This document shows positions 18,339 to 28,493 of a stretch of DNA of 64,000 nt, piece after piece. Source of the stretch: Actinomycetota bacterium (lineage in GTDB: Bacteria > Actinomycetota > Thermoleophilia > Gaiellales > Gaiellaceae); contig JBKPPF010000018.1 in the NCBI GenBank assembly GCA_046733475.1, positions 4,138 through 68,137 on the forward strand, written 5' to 3'. Numbering within the stretch: position 1 is the first letter of the stretch; every line of letters starts with the position of its first letter. A program made the translations under genes and the position numbers. The notes under the pieces are model-generated. The model saw only the letters and a program-made list of their open reading frames with translations, had not been told where the DNA came from and ran no database searches.

Positions 18339-18524
18339 ATGCTGGAACGGGTCACCACCAAGGCTCTGCCGCTCGCAAACCGTTACGCGGAGCACGCTCC
18401 CATGGCGGCGACGTGCTGCAACGCCTGCCGGACGTGCGTGCAGACGAACGCGCTCGCGGCGGTTGCTGCCGGCGGTCTCTGGCTCCTGTCGTTGGCGGGC
18501 CGACTGGGCAAGCGTTCAGGCTGA
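18339..18524 (+). CDS. small Cys-rich membrane protein (TCCNACRTC motif plus one TM helix)
   Basis: 61-aa ORF, or 40 aa if it starts at the internal ATG 18402. GC-rich third positions. C-terminal helix ALAAVAAGGLWLLSLAG. No family recognised. Confidence 0.5.
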   Translation: MLERVTTKALPLANRYAEHAPMAATCCNACRTCVQTNALAAVAAGGLWLLSLAGRLGKRSG

Positions 18525-18569
18525 CGGCACCCGGCACACGGGCACGGCCACGTTGTTACCCTCGCTCCC

Positions 18570-19400
18570 TTGCTCATCCGACTGGGGCATAGTCCGGACC
18601 CGGACGACGCGTTCATGTTCTGGGGGCTCAGCGCAGGAGTCGTCGACACCGGCGACTTCTCGTTCGAGCACGTCCTCGAAGACATCCAGACGCTGAACGA
18701 GTGGGCCCTCGAGGGCCGTCTCGAGGTGACGGCGATCTCGCTGCACGCATATCCGTTCGTGCAGGATCGCTACGCCATCCTTCCGCATGGAGCGAGCATG
18801 GGCTCGGGCTACGGGCCGATCGTCGTCTCGAACGAGCCACTGACCCGGGACGACCTCAAGGAGATCGAGATCGCCGTGCCCGGCCGGATGACGACGGCCT
18901 TCCTCGTCCTGCGCATGTTCCTCGGCGGCGACTACCGCTTCCGCGAAGTGCCGTTCGACGAGATCATGGACGAGGTCAAGTCGGGACGCGCCCAGGCCGG
19001 CCTTCTCATCCACGAGGGCCAGCTGACGTTCGAGGCGCACAGGCTCCACAACGTTGTCGACCTCGGCGAGTGGTGGCTGCTCGAGACGGGCCTGCCGCTT
19101 CCGCTCGGGATCAACGTCGCGCGCCGCGACCTCGGTGACGACATGCTGCACGACCTCTCCGAGGTGCTCCGGGCGTCGATCGCCGCCGGCCTCGAGTCGC
19201 GCGAGGAGGCGCTCTCCTATGCCCTCCAGTACGGACGCGGGCTCGACCGGCGCCTGGCCGACCGCTTCGTCGGCATGTACGTGAACCGGCTCACGGAGGA
19301 CTACGGCGACGAGGGCCGCGAGGCCGTCGGCGAGCTCCTCCGCCGCGGCGAGCAGATTGGCGCGTTCGAACAGCCCGTCCGCGTCGATTTCGTCTCCTAA
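18570..19400 (+). CDS. mqnD: 1,4-dihydroxy-6-naphthoate synthase (futalosine pathway)
   Basis: LGHSPDPDDAFMFWGL, EHVLEDIQTLN and IHEGQLTF match the MqnD branch of the MqnA/MqnD family as I recall it. TTG start. Confidence 0.75.
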   Translation: MLIRLGHSPDPDDAFMFWGLSAGVVDTGDFSFEHVLEDIQTLNEWALEGRLEVTAISLHAYPFVQDRYAILPHGASMGSGYGPIVVSNEPLTRDDLKEIEIAVPGRMTTAFLVLRMFLGGDYRFREVPFDEIMDEVKSGRAQAGLLIHEGQLTFEAHRLHNVVDLGEWWLLETGLPLPLGINVARRDLGDDMLHDLSEVLRASIAAGLESREEALSYALQYGRGLDRRLADRFVGMYVNRLTEDYGDEGREAVGELLRRGEQIGAFEQPVRVDFVS

Positions 19401-19420
19401 ACCGCCGGTAAGCTGGCCTC

Positions 19421-20590
19421 GTGGCTGAGGCGGTCATCCTTTCCGCGGTCCGAACGCCCATCGGGCGCTACGGTGGCGCACTTTCGGACATGCGGCCGGA
19501 CGACCTCGCCGCCCTGGTCATGAAGGAGGCCGTGCAGCGAGCGGGTGTCCCTCCGGTAGACGTCGAGGACGTCTACTTCGGTGCCGCCAACCAGGCCGGG
19601 GAGGACAACCGTGACGTCGCGCGCATGGGCGCGCTTCTCGCGGGGCTTCCTCAAAGCGTCGCGGGCGTCACCGTCAACCGCCTCTGCGCGTCGGGGCTTT
19701 CGGCGGTCGTCGGCGCCGCGCATGCGATTCGCGCGGGAGACGGCGAGCTCTTCGTCGCGGGCGGAGTCGAGTCCATGTCTCGCGCGCCGCTCGTCACCGC
19801 GAAGCCGGAGTACGGCGACGGCACGACCTGGGACACGACGCTCGGTTGGCGCTTCCCGAATCCGCGCATGGAGGAGATGTTTCCGCTCGAATCGATGGGC
19901 GAGACCGGCGAGAACGTGGCCGAGCGCTACGGCGTCACCCGCGAGGATCAGGACGCCTTCGCGCTTCAGAGCCACCGTCGCTGGGCGGCCGCCCACGAGG
20001 CTGGCCGCTTCGCCGACGAGCTCGTCCCGGTCGGCGGGGTCGAGCGCGACGAGCATCCCCGGCCGGACACCAGCCTCGAGAAGCTCGCGACACTCGAACC
20101 GGCGTTCCGGGAAGGCGGGACGATCACGGCCGGAAACGCGAGCGGGATCAACGACGGGGCCGCCGCGCTCGTCATCGCGAGCGAGGAGAAGGCGCGCGAG
20201 CTGGACATCGAGCCGCTCGGCCGCTTCGTTGCGAGCGCCGTCGCCGGGGTGGATCCGCGCTACATGGGGGTCGGCCCGGTCCCAGCGGTGCAGAAGCTTC
20301 TGGCCCGAGCTGGGATCGAGGCCGCCGACCTCGACCTCGTCGAGCTGAACGAGGCCTTCGCCTCTCAGAGCCTGCAGGTGATCCGCGAGCTCGGTCTCGA
20401 CCCCGAGCGCGTGAACGTGAACGGCGGTGCGATCGCGCTCGGCCATCCACTGGGCATGAGCGGCGCGCGCCTCGTCGTCAGCCTGCTGCACGAGCTGCGG
20501 CGCCGCGAGGGACGCTACGGGCTGGCTACGCTCTGCGTCGGCGTCGGCCAGGGGCAGGCGGCCATCTTCGAACGAGACGGAGGGAACTGA
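19421..20590 (+). CDS. acetyl-CoA C-acetyltransferase (thiolase)
   Basis: NRLCASGL (active-site Cys), [12 protein letters not shown] and CVGVGQG. Confidence 0.92.
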   Translation: MAEAVILSAVRTPIGRYGGALSDMRPDDLAALVMKEAVQRAGVPPVDVEDVYFGAANQAGEDNRDVARMGALLAGLPQSVAGVTVNRLCASGLSAVVGAAHAIRAGDGELFVAGGVESMSRAPLVTAKPEYGDGTTWDTTLGWRFPNPRMEEMFPLESMGETGENVAERYGVTREDQDAFALQSHRRWAAAHEAGRFADELVPVGGVERDEHPRPDTSLEKLATLEPAFREGGTITAGNASGINDGAAALVIASEEKARELDIEPLGRFVASAVAGVDPRYMGVGPVPAVQKLLARAGIEAADLDLVELNEAFASQSLQVIRELGLDPERVNVNGGAIALGHPLGMSGARLVVSLLHELRRREGRYGLATLCVGVGQGQAAIFERDGGN

Positions 20591-22053
20591 TGGCGATCGC
20601 GACCAAGGACTACGGGCTCTTCATCGGGGGAGAGACCGTCGAAGCGGACGAGACCCGCGACCTTCAGGAGCCCGCGAGTGGGGTGGCGCTCGGCCGGGCC
20701 GCGATGGCGTCGCCCGCCGACGTCGACCGCGCCGTCGAGGCAGCCCGGGCCGCGCTGGACGGCCCGTGGGGGAAGACACCGCCGAACGAGCGCTCCCGCC
20801 TCATCCATGCCCTCGCCGATGCGATCGTCGCGAACCGCAAGGAGCTGACCGAGCTCGAGACGCGCAACGTCGGCAAGGCGGTCACGTCCGTGAAAGGAGA
20901 GGTCGCCGTCTCGGCGGAGTACTTCCGCTGGTACGCGTCCGCGATCGCAACCATCGCGGGCCGCGCCGTGCCGATCGGCGGCTCTGTCCTCACCTACACG
21001 CTGAAGGAACCGGTCGGCGTCGTCGCCCAGATCGTTCCCTGGAACTACCCCTTCATGATGACCTCGTGGAAGCTGGCGCCGGCCCTTGCCGCCGGCTGCA
21101 CGGTAGTCCTCAAGCCCGACCCCGCAACACCGCTCAGCGCACTTCGCCTCGCCGAGCTCGCCTTGGAGGTCGGCATCCCGCCAGGAGTGATCAACGTCGT
21201 CCCCGGTGAGGGCCCGACCACGGGCTCACAGCTCGTCACGCACACGGGCATCGACAAGGTCGCGTTCACGGGCTCGACGAGGACGGGCTCCGAGATCATG
21301 CGGCTCTGCGCGGAGCCCGTGAAGCGCGTCTCGCTCGAGCTCGGCGGCAAGAGCCCGAACATCTTCTTCGCGGACGCCGACCTCGACGCGGCGATCCCGA
21401 GCTCGGTCTACGCGGTCTACTACGCGGCTGGCCAGAGCTGCGACGCGCGCTCACGCGTTTTCGTCGAGAAGACGCTCTACGACGAGGTTGTCAGCCGCTT
21501 CGCCGAGACCGCCGGGCGGATGAAGACGGGCGACCCGCTCGACGAGGAGACGCAGATGGGCTCCCTCATCTCGCAGACGCACCGTGACAAGGTGCACGGA
21601 TACGTGGAGGCCGGGCGAGAGGAGGGCGTGGAGGTGGTCACCGGCGGCCATCCGCTCGACGGCGACGGGGCGTTCTACCCCGCGACGGTGCTCGCGAAGG
21701 TCGACAACACGATGAGCGTCGCACAGGAGGAGATTTTCGGGCCCGTCGTCACGGTCATCCCATTCGAAGACGAGGCAGAGGCGGTCAGGCTCGCCAACGA
21801 CGTCCAGTACGGGCTCGTGGCGACGGTCTGGACGGGCGATCCCGCCCGCGGGCACCGGCTCGCGCGCCAGATCAAGGCGGGCACGATCGGCATCAACTGC
21901 CCGAACACCGCCTTCCCGGGCCTTCCCTTCGGCGGGTACAAGCAGTCGGGGTTCGGGCGTGAGAATGCGCTCGAGACCCTGGAGATGTACCTGGAGACGA
22001 AGAGCGTCCTCACGTGGACGGGCGCGAAGCCCGTGAATCCGTGGGGCCTCTAG
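20590..22053 (+). CDS. NAD(P)-dependent aldehyde dehydrogenase
   Basis: ELGGKSP and GQSCDARSR motifs. ATG 20590 overlaps the thiolase stop (ATGA-type overlap). Confidence 0.9.
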   Translation: MAIATKDYGLFIGGETVEADETRDLQEPASGVALGRAAMASPADVDRAVEAARAALDGPWGKTPPNERSRLIHALADAIVANRKELTELETRNVGKAVTSVKGEVAVSAEYFRWYASAIATIAGRAVPIGGSVLTYTLKEPVGVVAQIVPWNYPFMMTSWKLAPALAAGCTVVLKPDPATPLSALRLAELALEVGIPPGVINVVPGEGPTTGSQLVTHTGIDKVAFTGSTRTGSEIMRLCAEPVKRVSLELGGKSPNIFFADADLDAAIPSSVYAVYYAAGQSCDARSRVFVEKTLYDEVVSRFAETAGRMKTGDPLDEETQMGSLISQTHRDKVHGYVEAGREEGVEVVTGGHPLDGDGAFYPATVLAKVDNTMSVAQEEIFGPVVTVIPFEDEAEAVRLANDVQYGLVATVWTGDPARGHRLARQIKAGTIGINCPNTAFPGLPFGGYKQSGFGRENALETLEMYLETKSVLTWTGAKPVNPWGL

Positions 22054-22448
22054 CCCGAGCGGGTCTCCTGCTCTCCCTGGTGGTGGCAGCCGGCTGTGGA
22101 TCGGGCACGGGCGGCGGCGACGCGGCCGAGCCCCCTCCCCATCCGCGCTACGACCTGACGATCACGTACTGGCCCCAGGGTAAGGACGACGAGAGCCGCA
22201 CGGCGACGCTCACCTGCGACCCCAACGGCGGCACCCACCCCGATCCGGCCAAGGCCTGCGCCGCGCTCGACGCGCACCCGGAGGCGCTCCACCCGGTTCC
22301 CGGGGACATGGCCTGCACCCAGATCTACGGCGGCGACCAGGTGGCCCTGATCGAGGGCGACGGCGTCCATGCGGTCCTCAACCGATCGAACGGCTGCGAG
22401 ATCGCGCGTTGGGATGCCCTCGCGCCCGTTTTCGAGCTCCCCGCCTAG
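22014..22448 (+). CDS. lipoprotein with a subtilisin-inhibitor-like (SSI) domain
   Basis: Lipobox [27 protein letters not shown] ... MACTQIY ... NGCE mirrors the SSI disulfide pattern. Alternative start GTG 22041. Confidence 0.65.
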   Translation: MDGREARESVGPLARAGLLLSLVVAAGCGSGTGGGDAAEPPPHPRYDLTITYWPQGKDDESRTATLTCDPNGGTHPDPAKACAALDAHPEALHPVPGDMACTQIYGGDQVALIEGDGVHAVLNRSNGCEIARWDALAPVFELPA

Positions 22449-22903
22449 CGCTTCAGGACGAGCAGGGCCCCGCACGCGAGGAGCAGGAGCCCGACGATCC
22501 GCGCCGCCGAGAGCGGGATCTTGTCGAGGCCGAAGAGCCCGAGGTAGTCGATCAGGACGCCCATCGCGAGCTGCCCTGCGATGAGAAGCCCGATCGTTGC
22601 GAAGGTGCCGATGCGGGGCGCCGTGAAGGTGATCGTGAGGATGACGACTGCACCCATGACGCCGTTGAGCCAGAGCCATGCAGGCTCCCGGAATCCAGCC
22701 ACGACGCCGCCGAAGCCCTGCCCTGTGACGAGAACGATGGAGCAGACGATCAGCGCTGCGCCGAGTGAGCCGAAGGCTGTCGCCTCGAGGACGCCGATCC
22801 GCTTGCCGAATGCGCCGCTGACGGCGACCTGAACCGAACCGGCGACACCGGCTACGAGGGAGAGGAAGATGGCGACGCTGCTCGTCGACACGGCGGCGAG
22901 CAT
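22445..22903 (-). CDS. small DMT-superfamily membrane protein (YdcZ/DUF606-like)
   Basis: 152 aa starting at MLAAVS (ATG 22903) with about five hydrophobic helices. The rest of the 434-aa ORF is a shadow of gabT. Confidence 0.6.
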   Translation of the reverse strand: MLAAVSTSSVAIFLSLVAGVAGSVQVAVSGAFGKRIGVLEATAFGSLGAALIVCSIVLVTGQGFGGVVAGFREPAWLWLNGVMGAVVILTITFTAPRIGTFATIGLLIAGQLAMGVLIDYLGLFGLDKIPLSAARIVGLLLLACGALLVLKR

Positions 22904-22966
22904 AACCCGGTCGTTTCCGCCTCGGGGGCCGAAGAAAGGCGTTTCCAGCAGTTGTAAACTCCGCGA

Positions 22967-24271
22967 ATGTCGCTGCAAGAGCGGAACGCGACCCAGAAGG
23001 TCCTGGTCGCGCGGGAGCGGTACGTCGCCGCAGGTGTGTCCACTCCGCCGCTCGTGGTCGCCCGGGCCGAGGGCGCGCGCATCGAGGACGTCGACGGCCA
23101 TACCTACATCGATTTCGCCGGCGGGCTCGGCTGCCAGAACACCGGCCACGGCCTGCCGGCGGTGGTCTTGGCGATCCACGAGCAGGCCGACCGCTATCTC
23201 CACCAGTGCTTCATGGTCGGGATGTACGAGCCGTACGTGGAGGTCTGTCGCCGCCTCGCGGAGCTCTCGCCCTGCGGCGGCGAGCAGCAGAAGAGCATCC
23301 TCCTGAACTCGGGCGCGGAGGCCGTGGAGAACGCGGTCAAGATCGCGCGCGCCGCGACCGGGCGGCCGTCGGTCGTGGTCTTCGACCGCGCCTTCCACGG
23401 CCGCACGCTCCTGACCATGACGATGACGAGCAAGGTCGTCCCCTACAAGCGCGGGTTCGGGCCGTTCGCACCCGAGGTCTACCGCGCGCCCGCGCCGTAT
23501 CCCTACCGGGGTGTGACGAGCGACGACGCCATCCATGAGCTCGAGACCCTCTTCAAGGCCGATGTCGACCCGCAGTCCGTCGCCTGCGTCGTGCTCGAGC
23601 CGGTGCAGGGCGAAGGCGGCTTCGTGGACATGCCGCTCGACTTTCCCCCGCGGCTGCAGGAGCTCTGCCAGCGCCACGGCATCCTCTACGTGGACGACGA
23701 GGTGCAGGCCGGGGTGGGACGGACCGGACCGGTCTGGGCGGTCGAGCACTACGGCGTTGAGCCCGATCTGCTCGTGTCCGGCAAGTCGCTCGGCGGAGGC
23801 CTTCCGCTGGCGGGCGTCACAGGTCGGGCCGAGATCGTCGACGCCGTCCCGGCCGGCGGCCTCGGTGGCACCTTCGGCGGGAACCCGCTCGCTTGTGCGG
23901 CGGCACTCGCCGTCCTGGACGAGGTCTCGAGCGAGGACTTCCGGCGGCGTGCCGACGAGCTCGGCGAGCGGATCGGCGCGGGCCTAGAGGCTATCGCTGC
24001 GCGCGTCGACTCCGTCGGCGAGGTCAGGGGGCTCGGCTCGATGCTGGCGATCGAGCTCGTGGAGGACCGTGGGACGAAGGCGCCGGCCGGCGCGCTGGCG
24101 AGCGCCACGACTGCAGCCGCGCGCGAGCTCGGGCTCATCCTCCTCTCATGCGGCCTCTACGGCAATGTCATCCGAATTCTCGTCCCGCTCGTCATATCGG
24201 ACGAGGATCTCGACCGAGGCCTCGAGCTCCTGGAGGAAGCGCTTGTCGACGCAGGCACGAGAGCGACCTAG
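22967..24271 (+). CDS. gabT: class III aminotransferase, 4-aminobutyrate aminotransferase-like
   Basis: FAGGLGCQNTGH, DEVQAGVGRTG and SGKSLGGGLP (PLP lysine). Confidence 0.82.
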   Translation: MSLQERNATQKVLVARERYVAAGVSTPPLVVARAEGARIEDVDGHTYIDFAGGLGCQNTGHGLPAVVLAIHEQADRYLHQCFMVGMYEPYVEVCRRLAELSPCGGEQQKSILLNSGAEAVENAVKIARAATGRPSVVVFDRAFHGRTLLTMTMTSKVVPYKRGFGPFAPEVYRAPAPYPYRGVTSDDAIHELETLFKADVDPQSVACVVLEPVQGEGGFVDMPLDFPPRLQELCQRHGILYVDDEVQAGVGRTGPVWAVEHYGVEPDLLVSGKSLGGGLPLAGVTGRAEIVDAVPAGGLGGTFGGNPLACAAALAVLDEVSSEDFRRRADELGERIGAGLEAIAARVDSVGEVRGLGSMLAIELVEDRGTKAPAGALASATTAAARELGLILLSCGLYGNVIRILVPLVISDEDLDRGLELLEEALVDAGTRAT

Positions 24272-25322
24272 CGAAGCCGGCGAAGACGCGCCTCAACCGG
24301 CGGCCGACGTCCGCCTGGAGGGAGTGTGCAAGAGCTTCGGGGACGTCGTCGCAGTGGACGGTGTCGACCTGGAGATCGACCAGGGCGAGTTCTTCTCCCT
24401 GCTCGGCCCGTCCGGCTCGGGGAAGACGACGCTGCTCAGGATCATCGCCGGCTTCGAGCGGCCGGACGCCGGGCGCGTTCATCTACGCGGCATCGACGTC
24501 ACCTCGCGGCCGCCGTATGCGCGCCAGGTCAACACGGTCTTTCAGGACTACGCGCTCTTCCCGCACATGTCCGTGCAGGAGAACGTGGAGTACGGCCTCC
24601 GCGTCCGCGGCGCGGGCCGCAAGGAGCGGGCGGACCGGGCCGGAAAGGCCCTCGCGATGGTGCGGCTCCCGGCATTCGGAAGCCGCAAGCCGAGCCAGCT
24701 CTCGGGCGGCCAGCGGCAGCGCGTCGCCCTCGCGCGGGCGATCGTCAACCGGCCCGAAGTGCTCCTCCTCGACGAGCCTCTCGGAGCGCTCGACCTCAAG
24801 CTCCGCGAGGAGATGCAGGTCGAGCTCAAGCGGATCCAGCAGGAGGTCGGGATCACGTTCGTCTATGTGACCCACGACCAGGAGGAGGCGCTGACGATGA
24901 GCGACCGGCTCGCCGTCTTCAACCGCGGACGCATCGAGCAGATCGCCACGCCCGCCGAGGTCTACGAGCGCCCGCGAACAGCCTTTGTCGCGGGCTTCGT
25001 CGGCGTGTCCAACATCCTCGAGCGAGACGGCCGCCGCTTTACGGTCCGGCCCGAAAAGATCCGCATGCTCGCCGAGGGAGAGACGCCGGATTCCGGCGCG
25101 ACCGTGGAGAGCGGCCACATTGCCGAAGTCATCTACGCGGGGATGGTCACCCGCTACATCGTCGAGCTCGACGCAGGGGGAGAGCTCGTCGTCGTCCGGC
25201 AGAACCTCGAGACGACCTCCGCTGAGGCGCTTCGAGAGCGCGGCAGACATGTTCAGCTCGAATGGCGCCCAGAGCACGCATTCGAGATCGTGGGGGGAGA
25301 GACGGAGGAAAGGAACGAATGA
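24243..25322 (+). CDS. potA: polyamine-type ABC transporter ATP-binding protein
   Basis: Walker A GPSGSGKTT, signature LSGGQRQR, Walker B LLLDEP and a C-terminal TOBE-like domain. Start uncertain: TTG 24243 chosen because there is no ATG or GTG after the gabT stop. Confidence 0.8.
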   Translation: MSTQARERPSEAGEDAPQPAADVRLEGVCKSFGDVVAVDGVDLEIDQGEFFSLLGPSGSGKTTLLRIIAGFERPDAGRVHLRGIDVTSRPPYARQVNTVFQDYALFPHMSVQENVEYGLRVRGAGRKERADRAGKALAMVRLPAFGSRKPSQLSGGQRQRVALARAIVNRPEVLLLDEPLGALDLKLREEMQVELKRIQQEVGITFVYVTHDQEEALTMSDRLAVFNRGRIEQIATPAEVYERPRTAFVAGFVGVSNILERDGRRFTVRPEKIRMLAEGETPDSGATVESGHIAEVIYAGMVTRYIVELDAGGELVVVRQNLETTSAEALRERGRHVQLEWRPEHAFEIVGGETEERNE

Positions 25323-26503
25323 AAAACGCGCGGTACGTAATCTGGGCGGCGCTCGCCGTCCTGGTCGCAGCCATGGCCTTCGCCGCCGCCGGTTGCGGCG
25401 GGGATGAGGGCGGAGCTGGAAATGGCGGAGGCGACACCACGGCATTGCCGACCAAGGTCGGGCCCGGAGAAGGCGCGCTCAACCTCATCGCGTGGGAGGG
25501 CTACACGGAGGACCAGTGGGTGAAGCCCTTCGAGCAGAAGACGGGCTGTCAGGTCAACGTGAAGTACGGCGGCTCCTCCGACGAGATGGTCACGCTCATG
25601 CGCCAGGGCGGCGGTGGCCAGTACGACATGGTTTCGGCCTCGGGCGATGCAAGCCTCCGGCTCATCAAGGGCGGCGACGTCCAGCCTGTGAACGTGGACC
25701 TGATTCCCGGCTATGCCGACTTCAGCGAAGCGCTCAAATCGCCCCCGCACAACACCATCGACGGTCAGCATTACGGCGTCTCGTACGAATGGGGGCCGAA
25801 CACCCTCCTCTACGACACCGAGAAGGTCACTCCGGCGCCGACGAGCTGGCAGGTGCTCTACGACCCGAAGTACCAGGGTCAGATCACCGTCCCGAACAAC
25901 CCCATCCAGATCGCCGATGCGGCGCTCTATCTCTCGGTCGCCCAGCCGGATCTCGGCATCACGGATCCGTACGAGCTGAACGAGGAGCAGTTCAACGCCG
26001 CAGTCGATCTGCTCAAGCAGCAGAAGCCGCTCATCAAGAAGTACTGGTCTCTGGCTTCCGACGAGATCGATCTCTTCAAGAACGGCGACGCGGTTCTCGG
26101 GGCGTCCTGGCCGTACCAGACCAACACGCTCCAGGCGGACAACGTGCCCGTCAAGGACACGATTCCCCAGGAAGGGGCGACCGGCTGGGCGGACACCTGG
26201 ATGCTGTCGGCGAAGTCTCAGCATCCGAACTGCGCCTACCTCTGGATGCAGCATGCGACGACGCCGCTCGTGCAGGCACAGCAGGCGATCTTCTTCGGCG
26301 AGACGCCGGCGAACACGAAGGCGTGTGCCGAGATGGACAAGATCGATCCGGGTTCGTGCGCGAAGTACCACGGCGACGCAGACGCGGCCTACTTCGACTC
26401 GATCAAGTTCTGGAAGACGCCGCAGGCCGACTGCGGCAACGGCGACACCGACTGCATGGACTACACGGCCTGGCAACAGGCGTGGACGGAGATCACCGGC
26501 TAG
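25319..26503 (+). CDS. potD: polyamine-type ABC substrate-binding lipoprotein
   Basis: Lipobox AAAGCGG. PotD/PotF-like body (LNLIAWEGY..., YEWGPN). ATGA overlap with potA. Confidence 0.75.
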   Translation: MKNARYVIWAALAVLVAAMAFAAAGCGGDEGGAGNGGGDTTALPTKVGPGEGALNLIAWEGYTEDQWVKPFEQKTGCQVNVKYGGSSDEMVTLMRQGGGGQYDMVSASGDASLRLIKGGDVQPVNVDLIPGYADFSEALKSPPHNTIDGQHYGVSYEWGPNTLLYDTEKVTPAPTSWQVLYDPKYQGQITVPNNPIQIADAALYLSVAQPDLGITDPYELNEEQFNAAVDLLKQQKPLIKKYWSLASDEIDLFKNGDAVLGASWPYQTNTLQADNVPVKDTIPQEGATGWADTWMLSAKSQHPNCAYLWMQHATTPLVQAQQAIFFGETPANTKACAEMDKIDPGSCAKYHGDADAAYFDSIKFWKTPQADCGNGDTDCMDYTAWQQAWTEITG

Positions 26504-26509
26504 TAGCGC

Positions 26510-27424
26510 ATGGCCGCTGGCGCTGATACCGCGGGCCGCCCCTCGTGGGCGGCCCGCCGCCGTCTCTCGGCGGCGTTTTGGCGCCGGGGGTGGCTTCGCG
26601 GCACCTTCCTTCTCCTGCCGCCCCTCGCGTGGTTCGCGCTGCTCTACCTGACAGCGCTCGTCGTCCTCCTCGTCTCGGCCTTCTGGCGGGTCGACCCGTT
26701 CACGACCGAGCTCGTCCACGACTGGAACCTCGACAACTTCAAGACGGTCTTCACCGAGCCCGTTTACCGCACGATCGCCTTCAGGACGATCGGGATCGCG
26801 GCCGCAGTCACGATCACGGACGCGATCATCGCGGTTCCATTTGCCTACTTCATGGCGCGCCTCGCCTCGCCGCGAACCCGCGCGGCGCTCTTCGTCCTCG
26901 TGCTCCTGCCGCTCTGGGCGAGCTACCTCGCGCGCGTCTACGCCTGGCGCCTGATCCTCGCCAAGGAAGGCGTCCTCAACTGGACGCTCGAGCAACTCGG
27001 CCTGCCGACGGTGGGGATTGCGTACTCGAACTGGGCGATGTGGATCGTCTTCTCGTACGTCTGGCTGCCCTTCATGATCCTGCCCGTCTACGCGGCGATG
27101 GAGCGGATCCCGGACTCGTACCTCGAGGCCTCGACCGACCTCGGCGCCAAGGGCTGGAGGACGACGAGGAGCATCGTCCTGCCACTCGCCTTTCCCGGCA
27201 TCGTCGTGGGCTCGATCTTCACCTTCGCGCTCACGCTCGGCGACTACATCACCCCCACGCTCGTCGGCGGCGCGAGCTCGCAGTTCATCGGGAACGTCGT
27301 CTACTCGAGCGTCGGCATCGCGAACAACGTTCCGTTTGCCGCCGCGTACGCCGTCGTGCCGCTCGCGGTCATGGGCATCTACCTTCTCGTCGCGCGCAGG
27401 CTCGGCGCCTTCGAGGCGATGTAG
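26510..27424 (+). CDS. potB: ABC transporter permease
   Basis: Six-TM binding-protein-dependent permease with an EAA-type loop (EASTDLGAKGWRT). Confidence 0.8.
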   Translation: MAAGADTAGRPSWAARRRLSAAFWRRGWLRGTFLLLPPLAWFALLYLTALVVLLVSAFWRVDPFTTELVHDWNLDNFKTVFTEPVYRTIAFRTIGIAAAVTITDAIIAVPFAYFMARLASPRTRAALFVLVLLPLWASYLARVYAWRLILAKEGVLNWTLEQLGLPTVGIAYSNWAMWIVFSYVWLPFMILPVYAAMERIPDSYLEASTDLGAKGWRTTRSIVLPLAFPGIVVGSIFTFALTLGDYITPTLVGGASSQFIGNVVYSSVGIANNVPFAAAYAVVPLAVMGIYLLVARRLGAFEAM

Positions 27425-28221
27425 TGGAAACGAGGGCGACCCGCTTCGGCCTCTGGACGTGGACGGTGCTCGTCGTCCTCTTTCTCTACGCGCCGATCGG
27501 GATCATCGTCCTCTACGCCTTCAACTCCTCGAACATCCAGAGCTGGCCCATTGAGGGCTTCTCGACCGAGTGGTTCAGCTCGACCTGGCACAACGAGGAG
27601 GTGCGTGAGGCGCTCGTGCTCTCGCTGAAGGCGGCCCTCGCCGCGACCTCGATCGCCCTCGTCCTCGGATCGGCCGGCGCGTTCGCGGTCAGCCGGTTCC
27701 GATTCTTCGGCCGAGAGACGATCTCGTTCGTCTTCGTTCTGCCGCTCGCGCTCCCCGGGATCATCACGGGCATGGCGCTCAACTCCTACTTCGGCTTCTG
27801 GGGCTGGCAGCTGAGCATCTGGACGATCATCGTCGGCCACGCGACCTTCTGCGTCGTGATCGTCTACAACAACGTCATCGCACGGCTGCGGCGCACCTCC
27901 CCGTCGCTCGTCGAGGCGTCCATGGATCTCGGGGCGGACGGCTGGCAGACCTTCCGCTTCGTCACGTTCCCTGTCATCTCGACTGCGCTCGTCTCGGGAG
28001 CGCTCCTCGCATTCGCACTGTCGTTCGACGAGGTGATCGTGACGACGTTCACGGCGGGCGCCCAGAACACCCTTCCGCTCTGGATCTTCGGGAAGATCAG
28101 GCTCGGCCAGCAGCTCCCGCAGGTCAACGTCGTGGTGGCGGTGATCATTGCCCTGACGATCATCCCGGTGTATTTCGCTCAGCGGCTTTCGCGCGAATCG
28201 GGAATCCTTCGCAGGCGATGA
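27424..28221 (+). CDS. potC: ABC transporter permease
   Basis: GTG 27424 overlaps the potB stop by 1 nt. EAA loop EASMDLGADGWQT. Confidence 0.8.
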   Translation: METRATRFGLWTWTVLVVLFLYAPIGIIVLYAFNSSNIQSWPIEGFSTEWFSSTWHNEEVREALVLSLKAALAATSIALVLGSAGAFAVSRFRFFGRETISFVFVLPLALPGIITGMALNSYFGFWGWQLSIWTIIVGHATFCVVIVYNNVIARLRRTSPSLVEASMDLGADGWQTFRFVTFPVISTALVSGALLAFALSFDEVIVTTFTAGAQNTLPLWIFGKIRLGQQLPQVNVVVAVIIALTIIPVYFAQRLSRESGILRRR

Positions 28222-28493
28222 TCAAAGTGTTCGTCCTCTACGAGCAGGAGCCGGACCTCGCCCGCTACGAGCAACACGCCGAGCTCTGCAGCCGGGTCGA
28301 GGGCGGCACCTTCCGCCACGGCAAGATCTTCGGCGCGCCCACTGGCGAGCTGTACGCCTACTACGCGGAGTGGGAGTTCCCGGACATGGATGCGTTCAAG
28401 GCGGCCGCGCAGACCGACGAGTTCGCCGCTACGGGTCGCGACGCCGCCGAGCTGGGCGTCCCCTTCCACGTCCACTTCGCCGACGTCGAATGA
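28218..28493 (+). CDS. EthD-family (dimeric alpha/beta-barrel) protein
   Basis: 91 aa, MIKVFVLYEQEPDLARYEQH... is typical of the EthD/TIGR02118 type. ATGA overlap with potC. Confidence 0.6.
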   Translation: MIKVFVLYEQEPDLARYEQHAELCSRVEGGTFRHGKIFGAPTGELYAYYAEWEFPDMDAFKAAAQTDEFAATGRDAAELGVPFHVHFADVE

